Assembly (NCBI RefSeq): GCF_036365525.1
Contig: NC_090375.1
Location: 28,718,602 to 28,782,601, forward strand
Origin: Heterodontus francisci
Taxonomy: Eukaryota
Length of the DNA: 64,000 nucleotides
Reading direction: 5' to 3'
Shown: positions 11,505 to 25,903 of the stretch, in pieces
Layout: each line of letters opens with the position of its first letter
Position numbering within the stretch: the first letter of the stretch is position 1
Notes under the pieces: generated by a model
What the model saw: only the letters and a program-made list of their open reading frames with translations
What the model was told of the DNA's origin: nothing
Database searches by the model: none
Translations under genes and position numbers: made by a program

Positions 11505-11648
11505 ATTGGATAAATACCTGAAAGAAAAATTGGCAGTGCTATGGGGAAAGAGCAGGGGAGTGGGATTAATTGGATAGCTCTCCCAAGAGCTGGCACAGGC
11601 ACAATGGACCAAATGGCCTCCTATGTTGTATCATTCTATGATTCTATA
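11505..11648 (+). mobile_element. CR1-type 3' tail fragment
   Basis: ttggataaatacctgaaag...gctggcacaggcacaatggaccaaatggcctcc...cattctatgattctat. Confidence 0.7.
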
Positions 11649-12019
11649 ATCTTACTTCTTTTTAGTCCACTTTTTCAAATATAACAGTTTCACAATCATA
11701 GTTCTGTCCAACGTTGGGTAGTGCTGTAGCTTAAAGCAGTCTCTTTAATTTCATGCCACCTCTAAATAGAAATTTAGTTGCGCAACCTTTTGCCAAAAGT
11801 CATAGCTGAACAAGAATCAACATTAGGGCAGCATAGGAGATGGCAGGATACAGGCAGAGTGGCAGATGGCAGGACTGGCACAGGGCAGCAGATGGCAGGA
11901 GTGGTGCAGGCAAATGGTTGGGATCATGGCTTGAATGATGTTAATGAAGCCCTCATCAATAGTTCCAAATTTTAAGATACAGAGTGAATGAAAAATTGGA
12001 TTTCTATTTCAAATACCTG

Positions 12020-12717
12020 TACGCCGTCCCAGCGGGTCAGATGGTGGCGTGGGGGCGGCGTAAAATTGAGCGGGAGGCTCCGGTAGGCCTACCCACCCCG
12101 CTCCCACCTCCGGTCAACTTTACGGCAATCGGGCGGGGGGAGGGGGTGGAAATGGCCCGACCGCCCAAGGTCAATCAAGGCCCTTGAGTGGCCACTTAAC
12201 GGCCACTTAAGGGCCTTCGCCCACCTCCAGGGGTATTTTACCCATGGCAAGTGGGCGTACTGGGGACGTGAAAGGCCTTTCCGCGCCCTGGGGGATGGGG
12301 GATCGTGGCAGTTGGGCACAGGCTGCCCAATTGAGGGCCGCCTCCGCCTCCCAACTCATCCCCAGGACCCAAGATGCCACCCCTTCCCCCAAACAACCAT
12401 TCCAGTCTCACCAGGGAAGGACCGATCCAACTTACCTCGTCTCCAGGCTCCGTGGCGCGTCTGGTCTGCAATCCCAGCAGTGGACACCGCTTCTGGGGGC
12501 ACTGCTGGGACTAAGAGCTGCCGGCCCGCTGATTGGCCGGCAGCTCACTGAGGTGGGACCTCCTCCCTCAAGCGGGTGGAAGTCCCGCCTCGGGACAATT
12601 AAAGCCTGGGGACCCGTACAATACGGGACAGAACCCTCGGGCTAGGCGGAAGCGGGTTCGCCACCGACTTTTACGTTGGTGGCGAATTCCCATCTGCCTA
12701 AGGTAAAATCCAGCCCC
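12020..12717 (+). mobile_element. GC/CpG-rich fold-back MITE-like element
   Basis: Right end GTAAAATCCAGCCCC is the reverse complement of GGGGCTGGATTTTAC. Internal hairpin at 12177-12217. Clear homology to 40868-41626 and 57495-57850. Confidence 0.75.
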
Positions 12718-12875
12718 TGCACTTTTGCTGTATGGCTTACATTTTAGAAATTCAGAGACCCACCATTGGCTTGTTCAAAATTAGACCTGCACCCAATTCG
12801 GAATTGTGTCAGAGGCAGCGAGTAGCCAACTAACATTTGCTTGGCAGGGGAAAGAAGTTATATAGTGTTACTCAG

Positions 12876-13308
12876 CCATACACCATGGCTCAGTTAGTAG
12901 CACTCTCACCTCTGGGTTACAAGGTTTCAGGTTCAGGTCCGACTCCAGGACTTGAGCACAAAAAATCAAGGCCGACATTCCAGTATGGTACTGAGGGAAT
13001 GCTGCACTGTCCGAGGTACCACCTTCTGGATGAGATGTTAAACTAAGGCCCCATTTGCTTGCTCGGGTAGATGTAAATGATCCCATGGCATAATTTTGAA
13101 GAAGCGCAGAGGAGTTATCCCTGATGTCCTGGCCAATATTTATCCCACAATCAACATATAAATAGATTATCTGGTCATGAACACATTGCTGTTTGTGGGA
13201 GTTTGCCATGTGCATAATGGCTGCCGTGTTTCCTGCATTACACTGCATTCGCTGTGAAGCACTTTGAGATGTCATGAAAGGTGTTGTATAAATACAAGTC
13301 TTTCTTTG
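12876..13308 (+). mobile_element. tRNA-headed Deu-domain SINE (SacSINE1-like) with L2-type tail
   Basis: tRNA-like head ggctcagttagtagcact...ggttcaggtcc; Deu core gatgagatgttaaactaaggcccc...gatcccatggca...gtcctggccaatatttatccc; tail aagcactttgagatgtcatgaaagg...tataaatacaagtc. Confidence 0.8.
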
Positions 13309-15477
13309 ATATTATATATATATATATATATAAAAGAAATGTAAACTTTATTTGTGACCATCTTCAAGTATATTAGTAACATTGACTATAGCAGTATGGA
13401 AGCATGCCACTATGAGGCAGCCTTATCAATCAGGCCACAGGGATTATCTCTGGCATGGAAGCCATGCCAACTGAGGTTTCTTTCATCTGTGAAAGGTTCA
13501 CCATAGCTCCAAGTCTAGGTGCCGACCCTCTCCTTTATACCCTTATCATTATTACATGATAGTCAGCATCCTGCTCCAGTTATAATTTCCCTTTGTCTCG
13601 CAGACTTTAAATAAACGTAATCACATGACAAAAGGTTGTAATGTTTTGACCAAATAGTTTGTTTTGCTGAATTAACACCCTGGTGCCCTTACGATTTGCA
13701 TTTGTGAGTACCAGTTACCTTATCGCACAGCATATGCATCCTGCAGTTCAACCAGTTGAATCTGGTGAATCTAAGTCTAATTACTATTTGGCTTGGGAAC
13801 TTGTGAACTTCCAAGTTTTCCTGTGGCATCTCGAAGTGCAATATTCCATTACAAATACAAACCCTACTTGTTTTTCCACTTGTATCATCTTCGAACCACA
13901 TGCTTAATTTCCTAATCCGTTTATCCACTCAACAACTATCTGCTTAAACATTTCCTTATAGACAAACTGTGAAATGATAATTAGGTGTTTATTTGTTACT
14001 TGTGGTTTAAGGATCAGGGTAGGCAAATAAAAGTTAAAATTTACTCTTGTGTGAAACAAAGCATAGCAATGTTAAACTAGCAGATTTGCTCATCAGTAGC
14101 TCCGATTAACCCTTTCCATATTGGTCTCTTACATTCTCAAAACTTATTATCCATCCATCTAAAAGGTGCCAAAGAATTCTAACAACTTGTAATTGCAGCT
14201 GTGTAATTAAAAATGATCAGCGTCCACATGGATCAGTACAACAAGCAGATCTGCCAATAATTCAGCTGAGGGATTATAAAGAGGCGGCAAAAAGGTGATT
14301 GATTTTTCATAAGTGATCAGTCAGGTCTTCCAGATACACAATAATATTTTATGGAGAAGCTTAGAGGCAAATTTCTAAAGGAGCCTTTATCCAACCTAAA
14401 CACTCTTAAGAGGAGCCATTCCCAGTAATTATCTGAGATGCATTTTCCTATCACATTGAAAGAACAATGGGTTTCCTTAATGGCTCAATAATTAATGCAC
14501 CATATAATGTATTTCCAAGCCATACAGAACAGGTAAGTCCCAGGTACAGTGTATGCTGAGTTAGCCGAATTGAACCTTAGTTACAGTGGGAATATGAAAA
14601 CTAGCCTTAGCTTCCCAGGTTCAGAAGAAAAAATGGGAAAATAATATAAGGTTTATGCTTTTGATTATTCCTGATTGACCATTGCTTAGAAAGTGGATTC
14701 AGTATGAGAACAGGATCAGTCTTGGCTGCAAATTGGCATCGACGCCTTTCTGCATCTTAAAAAATGCTTAAAAGAAAGGAAAATAAACTGTAAAGGAGGT
14801 TCAGCTGAGAAAATCTTTTGTTCAGGCTGGTTATGGCTGTATCAATTAATAGAAGGAACAAATCTTGATTAAATCTCTCCTCAGGGCATTCTTCATCCGG
14901 ACATTCGATCTCAAACATCACTTTATTCCTATGGCTTCTCTTTTCAGGAAATGTTATCTCAATGTCCATCTGACCTATGGTTTCCAGTGCAGAAACATGA
15001 GCTGATGCAAAACCCATTTTCTCTAAATAAATTACACTGCATGAATTTACCACACAACAAGACACGCGAGGACGAGTCCTGAAAAGATCTTGCATGCAGA
15101 GCTCCGTGCCTTGATGTAGTCACCCTGTCCTTTTACTGAACTGCATAATTTACCAGTACTTTGGCACCATCATGCAATTCATTGATTTGATATCAAAGCA
15201 CTTTCATGTTTTCAAAACAGCACTTCCAGCGTGTGTCTGACACTGACAGTCACTTGGCAGCAGGTTGGGTGAGATACTGTTTGAGTATGGATCAACGTTG
15301 AATGGAAGTACCGAAGATACATTGTAACACAGCAAAAATGTCACAGACAACACTGACAATTTAGTTGCAATCAAAACAACCAAATTCAGCATGTGACTGC
15401 TACAGGGCATTTTTATTAATGTCTAGCATTCTTTGCTGTAAACCTTCCTTTTTGTCCTCCATATTGCTTCCACCTTC

Positions 15478-15896
15478 ATATCCACCTTCAACATTCATTC
15501 CCTCCACCACCGAGGCACAGTGGCAGCAGTGTGTACCATATACAAGATGCACTGCAGCAACTCACCAAGGCTCCTTCGACAGGACCTTCCAAACCCGCGA
15601 CCTCTACCACCTAGAAGGACAAGGGCAGCGGATGCTTGGGAACACCACCACCTGCAAGTTCCCCTCCAAGCCACAAACCATCCTGACTTGGAACTATATT
15701 GCCGTTCCTTCACTGTCGCTGAGTCAAACTCCTGGAACTCCCTTACTAACAGCACTGTGGGTGTACCTATCCCATATGGGCTGCAACAGTTCAAGAAGGC
15801 GGCTCACCACCACCTTCTCAAGGGCAGTTAGGGATGGGCAATCAATGCTGGCCTTGCCAGCGATGCCCACATCCCATGAACGAATAAAAAAAAATT
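15478..15896 (+). mobile_element. Family-B LINE 3' end with poly(A), inside the hAT relic
   Basis: AAVCTIYKMHCSNSPRLLRQ...KAAHHHLLKG; tail gggcaatcaatgctggccttgccagcgatgcccacatccc followed by an A-run. Confidence 0.9.
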
Positions 15897-16124
15897 AACA
15901 ATGTGTAGTGTAACTGATAATTGCCCAGTTTGGCTGATGTCTGATGTGCTGTCCATGATCACACCATAATACTTTGCCTGATGAACCTTTTCAACAATAA
16001 TCTCCAGGATGTGCTTTGTGTTTCAGGCAATCAATTCATTTTGAATATTGTTACTGATGTAATGATCACTCATTATGGGGTCACACTTACCAGCAGTTCA
16101 ACTTGGCCAAGAAAAATTGCATAG

Positions 16125-16730
16125 GAACATAGCAACACAGGAAATAGGAGCAAGAGAAGGCTGTTCGGCCCCTCGTGCCTGTTCTGCCATTCAACTAGAT
16201 CATGGCTGATTTTCTACCTCAATGCCATTTTCTTGCACTTTCCCCATATCTCTTGCTATCTTTAATATCCAGAAATCTATCAATCTCTGTCTTGAATATA
16301 CTCAATGACTGAGCCTCCAACGTCCTCTGGGGTAGAGAATTCCAAAGATTCACCACCCTCCAAGTGAAGAAATTCCTTCTCATCTCAGTCCTAAATGGCC
16401 TACCACTTATGATGAGCCTCTGTCTCCTGGTTCTACAATCCCCCAGCCAGGGGAAACATCCTCCCGGAATCTACCCTGTTGAGCCTTGTAAGAATTTTGT
16501 ACGCTTCAATGAGACCACCTCTAATTCTTCTAAACTCTAGACAATATAGTCCCAGTTTCCTCAAACTCTCCTCATAGACAATCCCATCATCCCAGAGATC
16601 AGTCTGATGAACCTTCGTTGCACTCCCTCTATGGCAAGTATATCCTTCTAGCTAAGGAGAGCAAAACTGTACACAATACTCCAGGTGAGGTCTCACCAAG
16701 GCGCTATACAATTGCAGGAAGACTTCTTTA
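16125..16730 (-). mobile_element. CR1 3' fragment inside the hAT relic
   Basis: Reverse-complement CR1 tail (ataggagcaagagaaggc...gatcatggctgat) and ORF2 C-terminal homology to 34566-35200. Confidence 0.85.
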
Positions 16731-17694
16731 CGACAAATTGCCGAACAATGCAAATGAATCTTGTGAGCACAAATCTCCAGTAATTCTTTTCCATTGCTGA
16801 TAACTCCATATTGACATCACTAGTCCCTGCTTTCCGTCCTGGATTCACATTACACACATGTACTGGTGAATGTTCGTGCTTAGAATAGACAAAAATGCCC
16901 TTGCAAACATTGAAACTATCCTTCAAAAATGATTTTAACGTTTTGTTTAAAAAATAATGCTTCATCTGAAGACTGATAAAACATTGGCTGTGATCAAAGA
17001 ACTTTGTCTCCATTTTTCAGATGGATGTAGTAGCTCGCCATAATGCACCATGGAACGTTCTCATTGTTTTGTGGAAATTCAATACACATTGTTTTGTTTG
17101 GCCTTCTTCTGACAAGTTTGTATCTTTGCACATCAGTTAATCTTCCTGGCCATAGTGCTGGGTCATCAGAGAACATCTGAACAACCTCTGTGGGGTCTCC
17201 TTGTGATTCAGGATCTTACGATTCTATTTGTACATTTCCCACAGTTTATTCTAGCATTTCTTCAAGGTTTGCCACCTCAGGGGTCAAAGTTGATATAGAA
17301 TCATAGAATAGGACAGCACAGAAGGAGGCCATTCAGGTCATTGAGTGTGCGCTGATTCTAGCCTTCTATCCATTCCTCGCCTTTTGCTCCACCAATGGCG
17401 GCAGAGTTATCAATCATCAGCCTATCTTTCTGTCAGCCGACGTTGTGAGCTCGAGACATATATATGAATGCAGTATCAACATTGCATTTATGCAAAATGC
17501 CAACGCATTCTGGGAGGAATGTGTTGAGCATAAAAAGACCCAGTGACACTGGCTGATACCAATTTTACCTCAGTTATCTGACTTTTTTAAAATTTGTACC
17601 TTGTCACATAAGATATAGTTCCAGGTTAAAAAAAAGTCTTCTCTCCCCATAGCTCCCTATGCTTCAAATGTAACCATCTGTAGAAAGAATGGGA

Positions 17695-18900
17695 ATGGTA
17701 TCAGAGTGGTTATGTTACGAGATTAATAATCCAGTGGCCTCAACTAATGCTCAAGAAACATGGGGCTGAATTTTATGAGTGCGCCGCAGTTTGCGCTGGC
17801 ACACTCTAAAAACGGCGTGCATCTCGCGCGGATGCGACGTCCCTGAGCCCCTGCGATATTACACACGGGGGCTCATTTAAATAGAGGGGGCGGAACGGCC
17901 ACCCCGAATGATGTAAGGGGGCAGCTGCCGTGTCCCCGGCAACGGCGTCCAGCGCCATTTTTAAAAGGTTTTAAGCCCTTAATAAACATTTAAATTTTTA
18001 AAGATGGACTGCACATAATATGTTATTAATAAATAATTAGGAGATGGAGGCCCTTCCCGAACCCCACCCCCCCCCTCCCCGGCATGGTCATTTCATTGCC
18101 CCAAAATGAACATCCATTGATTTTACAAAAACCCAAACTTTCCCCCCAACCTTCAATCTTTTGCCCTTCGACCTCTTCCAACCATCCTCACATCCAATTA
18201 AAGTTGATTTTCCAACTCCTCCCTCCACCCCTCCCCGCCCCTGAAGATTCTATTGCCCACCCCTCCCCACCAGGTTGTCGCCCAGAACTCCGTGCACGAA
18301 CGGCGGCCGTAATATCGGAGTGGGACGGCCGCCACCTGTAGGTAAATTAATTTGAATGTCATTAGGGCTCATTTAATATGGAGATGAAGGGCCCGCAACC
18401 TGGTGGCGGGGTGGCCGTACCGAGGTTCCCTCCCCCCCCCCCACCAGTAATATGCGGCGGGCCCTTCTTGGCGTCGCGGGTCGAGGCGGGCCTCTCCCTG
18501 CAGCATCAAATCTCTCTGTGGCAGCTGGGGGAATTTAAATTCAATTAATTAAATAAATCTGGAATAAAAATCTAATACCAGTAATGGTGATCATGAAACT
18601 ACCGGATTGTCATAAAAAATGCATTTGGTTCACTTTAGGGAGGGAAATTCTTGACCAGTCCGGCCTACATATGACTCAAGACCCACAGCAATGTGGTTGA
18701 CTCTAAATTGCCCTCTGAAATGGCCTAGTACGCAAGGTTGTGTTCAACTACTGAGGAAAAAGTCCAATTAGACTATCTAACAGCACTGTGGGTGAACTTA
18801 TACTACAAGAACTGCAGTGGTTCAAGAAAGTGACTCAAAACTACCTTCACCAGGGCAATTATGGGTGGGCAATAAATGCTGGCCTTGCCTACATGTTATG
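17695..18900 (+). mobile_element. tRNA-headed SINE carrying the family-B LINE 3' tail, interrupted at 17762-18503
   Basis: Head gtggttatgttac...taatccag; body gcagctgggggaatttaaattc...gaaactaccggattgtc; tail agggcaattatgggtgggcaataaatgctggccttgcc. Second copy at 56268-56672. Confidence 0.7.
17762..18503 (+). mobile_element. CpG-rich MITE-like element with GGGGCTGAATTTTAT end, inserted in a SINE
   Basis: Left end matches the terminal motif of the 12.0 and 40.9 kb elements. Dense CpG in a CpG-poor background. Splits the SINE head. Confidence 0.6.
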
Positions 18901-21900
18901 AACTACTTAAAAAAGACATTTTTACATATGATATTGGAATGGTACAGAATAGCATGAAGAAACTAGCAGCCAATGAGAGCTTCTTTCTTCATGGCTTTGT
19001 GCAAAGTGAGAGTATTTCCATTAATCTCTATGGTATAGTCTTTCTGTTATAAAGATTAAACTGTGTCAATGCACATGGATTTAGAAAGCTCTTAGTGAGG
19101 CATTTAAGTGATTTGAGGAACCTGAATGGCCTAAGAGGACAAATATATTTTATTCTTTGCTATATTTTTAATTTAAAAGCATTAAACATAATTTTTTTGC
19201 ACAATTTTATTTTAAAGCACTCAGAGATTACTCTCAGCATAGAAAGAGTTTAATGACAATTATCGTTGCCACAGAACATTAATCTGAAAAAAAATGCCCA
19301 ATTAAAATCCGATTGATCACCAATCCTTCGTCATAGTGCCTTGGTGTATTGACCAGAAATGACACAAGTGGGGTCATAACTCGTAGACTCCTCGTCCCGC
19401 AATTTCCCACTTGCTAAATTCTTCATTTCGACGAGACCATCAAGGGAAATAACATACTCCCTAGCAGCTAGTTTGAAGGGTGGTAGAGATCCGGGATGGT
19501 ATGTCTGTCCATTTATTTGGTTGGTGAAGAACTTGCAGTTTGAGTACTTGAATTAGGGGAGAAAATAAATTTTAAAAACTGGGTGGAATGGAATTTAATT
19601 GAATAGAACAAAGCGTATTAATCCACTTTGCAAAGTGCTCACAAAAAGTGTTACCAGACACTGGAGATCCCATTTTACAGAACTCCCAGACACTGGAGAT
19701 TTGAAGTTAAAATACTGCCAACTGTGACATGGCACCAAACATCTCATAGTTCCCTGGTTCGAAATGAAACATTGTAAGTGGTTTTAGAAAAGGAGGTATT
19801 TTCTACTCTGCAATCAGGTGTACCGCATGGACACTGCCAGCAGTCATTCTGTATAAGATTTAAACAAAGAATATCCCCATAGCAACCTAGTATTTTCATC
19901 TGCAGCAGTACAAATATATGTGGCACAAATGCTCTGTGGTTACTGGAGAGCACAGGGTTTGCTACTTCTGCGTGCAGCCTTTCATTCTATGAGTCATACT
20001 GACCAAAGCAATGAATGAAAACCTCAGATTCTCTCAATGCACAATGATGGCTTCTTTGAGCTAACTAGTTCCTCCCACATCAGAGAGGATTCTTGAATTT
20101 GCTTGTTACATGTATCATCTGTTTGGTAAGTCCCTGTCAATGAAAAATATACAGGCAGTTTGCTTTGCCATTATCTTCTAAGTTGGATGCAGTTCTGGAG
20201 CCATGAATCATACTTCAGAAAATATCTGGCTGTCCCATTCCTAATCCCTGTCCAATGACTCCATGGAAAATCTGGACATCAGGTGAGGACAGAATTAGAC
20301 ATGGGCCCCTCCTTCAAACTAGTCAGAGTATACTGAAGCTCACACAGAGTACCAGAGAATAATGCCCATGGAACTATGCCCGAAAATAAATCAACCTGTT
20401 CATTAACTTGTTTGTTTTAAAATAACGGTTGCACTAAAAGCAATCCCATTTGCTCCCTGTCTGTGCTGAAAAGTGAGTTTTTATGGAAGTCAGAGATAGG
20501 GTTGGCCTGGCTCTGACAACCTCCATGTTTGAATAGCCTTCCAACATCCCTACCTAGGTTCACATATGAATAATGGGCACCCGAGATTCAGGAGAGATGG
20601 GGCAGGGGGGGTGGGGGTGGAATGAGAAGGCAGTACAGACTAGAGGTACCTCCTCAGACTAGGCTGGATACTGGAGGTGAAAAGATGATTGTCTGGCAGA
20701 TGGCAATTATTGTCTGTTCCTTGTCAAAGAATGCAGGAGCAATATTCCAAGAGTTTCCCAAATATGGCAAGTCTGCATGTATTTTGGCCACTTGGGCTCT
20801 ATAGGGGATTAAGAGTTGTTTAGGGAAAAAGAAGTCTTCAACGTGGAAGAGGAAACTGTGGCTCTTCGGAGGTAGTTTTGTATAGATGTGGATGTTCCAC
20901 GAGTTAATAAGATCAAGAATATCAATAGGTGAGGAAAGATAAGGTAGGGGCATCAAGGTAAAAAGTGGCAGCTGTAAGTTATACTTGTGAGAGACGTAAA
21001 GAAAGTATGGGCCCGATTTTAATTCTGTACAAGTGGATGGGTTTGAATGAGCTAAAATCTCACCCCATGGGCTCTGAAATTATTCCGCAAAGTACTCGCG
21101 GACCAAAACTAATACATTTATTCAAAATTTCTCTCTGCTGTCTTAGTGGAAGGATTATCTCATTTTAAACAGGTCAGCCTTTGCTAATTATAGAGAGGGA
21201 TTTTAGATGAACATATTGGTATTCATTCGTTAGCATCGGGGTCTAGGTATTGAAAGAAACTAGATTTTAGGGCAACTGTACCATTTTAATGTAATTGCTC
21301 AATTCAAATTACTGAATAATTTTTGTTCCCCCATTTGAGGGCAAATAAGGAGATCAAAGTGTGATGAACTGTGAGAGAATTGGACATTGTGCAAGATGAA
21401 GGAAGTTGATGAATGTTTTGTGGGCCAGGTTGTATTATGAACAGAGATCATGGATTGGAGGAAATAGAGCAGAAGAGAGGGCGAAACGGACAGGAAACCC
21501 TGAGTTAATCAAAGGATGGGAGAGGGTGAACCATCTGGCATCATAAATTCTCATGTGAATCTATTGACATTCTCTGGCACACAAGTTTGAAGTCCTGCCA
21601 TTAATGAGCCTGGTCTTTAGCAAAATGACTTATGTATATGGAATGCTAACTCACTCCCAGATCCAGTTTTGAGACAGGCCCTGTGATAAAATGCTTCTTA
21701 TAAAAATAAATGCACAAGAAAAAGTCTTTACTCTGAATTAAAGATAAGAAAAACGACTCTTCAAAGTCTGAGATTCTTGCTGTTTCCCACAGTCTATCTC
21801 CCTGGAAGGAGGGGGGGGAGGGGGTGACTCACAGCAGCTGGTTTTGGTATACCATCTACTCCTGTTAATTCAAAAGCTTAATTTGAATTACTGGACAATT

Positions 21901-22558
21901 TGAAGTTGAATTGCACTTTGAAGGGCTATGTCTACTCTTTTAATGCAATTGCTTCATTCAGATTGCTGGGTAATTCAAATTTTAGGGTCAAAAATCATCT
22001 TTGAATTAACAAGAGTAAACTGGGGATTTTTTTTTTGCTTAGTTTTTTGCTTTTTGTCACCCTGTGACAATGAATGAATTAGGCCATTCTTGTTGGACCC
22101 ATTTGTATACAATGGAATTGATACAGTTTCTTCAAATGAGTTGTGGGGCAAATATTTCATATCTACATAAACTGGAAAATCAATAAAGATTTTTTGGTCT
22201 GACTGCTTTTCAACTAATGATCCAGAGATAGTCAAATAAATAAATAAATAAATCTATTTTGTAAGAAGAAAAGAAAATTTGTCAAGTTGGGTACTGCAGT
22301 GTAAATTTGAGAGTAATACAAAGAACTGGATTTACTTAATGGAAAACGAGAATTAGATGTACAAAGCATTTTATTGTATGTATCCTTGGTTTATCATGCA
22401 GATTTATTAACTTACTTTAGAAATCACCAACCTGAGTTTTTAACTTGAAGCATATTTTGCTCTGTAGATTTTTAAGTCTGCTTACGTTCATAAAACATTA
22501 ATAAAATACACATTGACCAATACATAATGTTAAGTCTTAACACTATCCAATTCCATAA

Positions 22559-22930
<372 letters not shown>

Positions 22931-23721
22931 TAATATTTTTGATTTGAACCCCATGGAGGTTACAGGAATCATTGCCCCATTAGGAGCGATATCATCATCT
23001 GAGCCCCTATACACAACCCACCCACAGCATTAATACTCATACATGCAACCATTGACTGCTCAGCTCTTTGTTAATTTAGCTATGAAGAGGTTAAACAATG
23101 TCATTGTGTAAAAACAAAAGTGGGTTGAGGTAAAACTGATACTGACCGCCAGTATAATTTTTGGTTTTAGGCAAAGAAACGAAAATCCGGTGAATTACAG
23201 TGCTCTTAAACAAGTCCTATAAGGACGAGATAGATCACTGGTGCGCGAATTATTTTTCATTGCTCTCTAGCTTCTCTCTCAGTGTGATCTCAATTAAAAT
23301 GACAAAATGTCAGGTCTCCTGACAATAAAGGACCCTCTGAGATATTGTGGTAAATTTTCACCTTCACTATTTTGCCGGTAATTTGGCGAAGCGGGTTGCC
23401 CATTCATTATTGAAATCAATTGATTAGAAGTTTGGGTGGGTTCTGTAGCAGGTGGATAATTCACTTTGCTGGATTACCATCCAGACAGTGAAGAGGTGTA
23501 TAAACAAACATATCTCTAGCTAACTGATTGCCACGTTAACATAGATTAACATTATTCCAAGTCTCCAATGGCAACTTCAGCTCTTAGACCTGAATCAGCG
23601 GCTTGGTTCCAGTGAAGTCACATTAACAAGGAGAAGCTACTGGATAACAATCAGAAGCAGGTGTCCTATTCATAGTTCCTTAAGAATATCCTTGCAACGT
23701 GCACATGGTATTTGCTGCTGG

Positions 23722-24057
23722 TAGGGTTGCCAACTTCTTTGCATGTATTTCTGAAGGTTTCATCATACGTCATGCTGCCTTCAAGTGCCCCGCCCCGAAG
23801 CTCCCGCCATTGGTCACCCAACACATCCATCCTCATGGTACATTGCCTTCCAGGACAAATTTGAAACCCTTTTTGGATGATTCTTTCTCAACTTCAATAT
23901 TTTTATAACTAATAAACAAAAGTGTTTAAAGAAAATGTAAAAAAAACATTTTAAATAACCCTATGATTTTTCTCCTGGGCTGCTGGTAGAAGTGCCCTGG
24001 AGATTAATCATCAATTTCTGGAGACACCAGGACTGTCGTGAAGGGTTGGGAATGCTA
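23722..24057. mobile_element. Non-autonomous hAT (Blackjack-like) MITE
   Basis: Imperfect TIRs TAGGGTTGCCAAC and GTTGGGAATGCTA, flanked by the exact 8-bp TSD GCTGCTGG at 23714-23721 and 24058-24065. Confidence 0.85.
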
Positions 24058-25411
24058 GCTGCTGGCAAGTGTGACTCCCTGTCAGCAGTGCAGACTCATA
24101 AATTACCCTTTGTGAGTTATTCTTTCACCTCAAGCGAGGAGACTGCAGAAAACCATGGGCTTCTGTAATGGGAAAAGTGGTGCACCTGTCACAAACAACT
24201 AGTGTGAGCACCTAGCACATGTTCATGTTAATATTAAAGCCACCATATCACTCTGTGTCCAAGAGTGCTGAGATGAATATTGCACAATTCCACAACATTG
24301 CAAATATTGCATTATGAATGATTTTGCACATGAAATCAGCATCGATAGGACTGCCAAAAATGTACTACCCTTGATGGCATTCAACCTACTTTAGCAATGG
24401 AATGACTGAATGCTACTTTATCACACAATATAGGCATTCAAATACTGGAAGCAAAAGCATTAGATGTATCCATATCTTGTGATGTGTCCAAATGACTCTT
24501 TTCAGATTGGCTCCTACAGTTGTTCAAATCACTTTATCTTCATTGTTTTTCTGTTACTTAAAGAGCAAAACAATCTCACAAATACAATGATTATGTGCCT
24601 GAGTGTATAAGCCATCCATAATATGGTGGACACTACTTTTTTTTCTCTCTATGGCAGTGTTAAATTTTATGTTCCAAATGCTCACCTATTGTTTAGGCAT
24701 GTTAAATTATTTTATCCCCCTAGTTTTGAAAATTTACTCATCTGTTCTTTGAGGTAGCAAGTACGAATCTTGGAGCAGGTGAGAAGCTGTGTGCAAAGGA
24801 GAGCACAGAACACCCCACTAAATAAAGCAGAATGGTTGCCATCACATGCATGAGATGACACAGGCCCGCCTGAGTTCATCCCACTTCCCACATTTTTACC
24901 TGAGCTCATCAGAACAAAAATCACTGGAGGAGCACACACTACATTAGCCAAGTTTTGAAGATTTTGGTTTTTAAATGTTAGAAGGTATGCTGTCTTGTCC
25001 TGTCAGTTGTATGTTAGCTGTAACACTGTATGTGCACAGAAGACATGCATTCCTGAGCATGTTAAAATAATGGGAGAAAAAAATGAACTCCCATTTAAAG
25101 CATTCTCGATGCACTGAGTAACTTCCCTCCATTGTTGGAATAGAGAGAATTTCACTCTGCATCGAAATCACACTATATATGGCCTGGAATTCTGAGGCTG
25201 ATACTGGTGATTAAAATGGGAAGATTTCCATTTCCCATTGTTAAAATCCCTCACTTCGATGAGCAAAAAATGCACCCAAGGAAACATCAACATTGATACT
25301 CACAAACATCCCCAGCATTTATAAAACTAGCTGAAATTGCTTCACTAAGAGCAGTTGCCGCCCAATGCAGTGTGAGCAATAGTTAATACAGAGGATATAG
25401 TTTAATATTGA

Positions 25412-25903
<492 letters not shown>

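Larger units (their letters stand above)
14757..17200 (-). mobile_element. Decayed hAT (ZMYM1-like/Tip100-type) transposase, interrupted by two LINE fragments
   Basis: Minus-strand remnants in order: SDDPALWP, KHEHSPVH, HYISNNIQNELIA, YYGVIMDSTSDISQ (first catalytic D), PCSSHMLNLVV, SDTRW, LLLIDTAITSLNKRFSQL. Multiple stops and frameshifts. Confidence 0.8.

Noticed and set aside
13311-13331. (AT)n and other microsatellites (22234, 31787, 55005)
   Set aside because: Ordinary short simple repeats.
14470-14735. Possible ancient SINE remnant (similar traces near 20200-20600)
   Set aside because: Too degraded to assign by eye.
17762-18503. CpG island or alternative APCDD1 promoter
   Set aside because: The CpG-rich segment is an insertion that splits a SINE and carries a MITE-type end.
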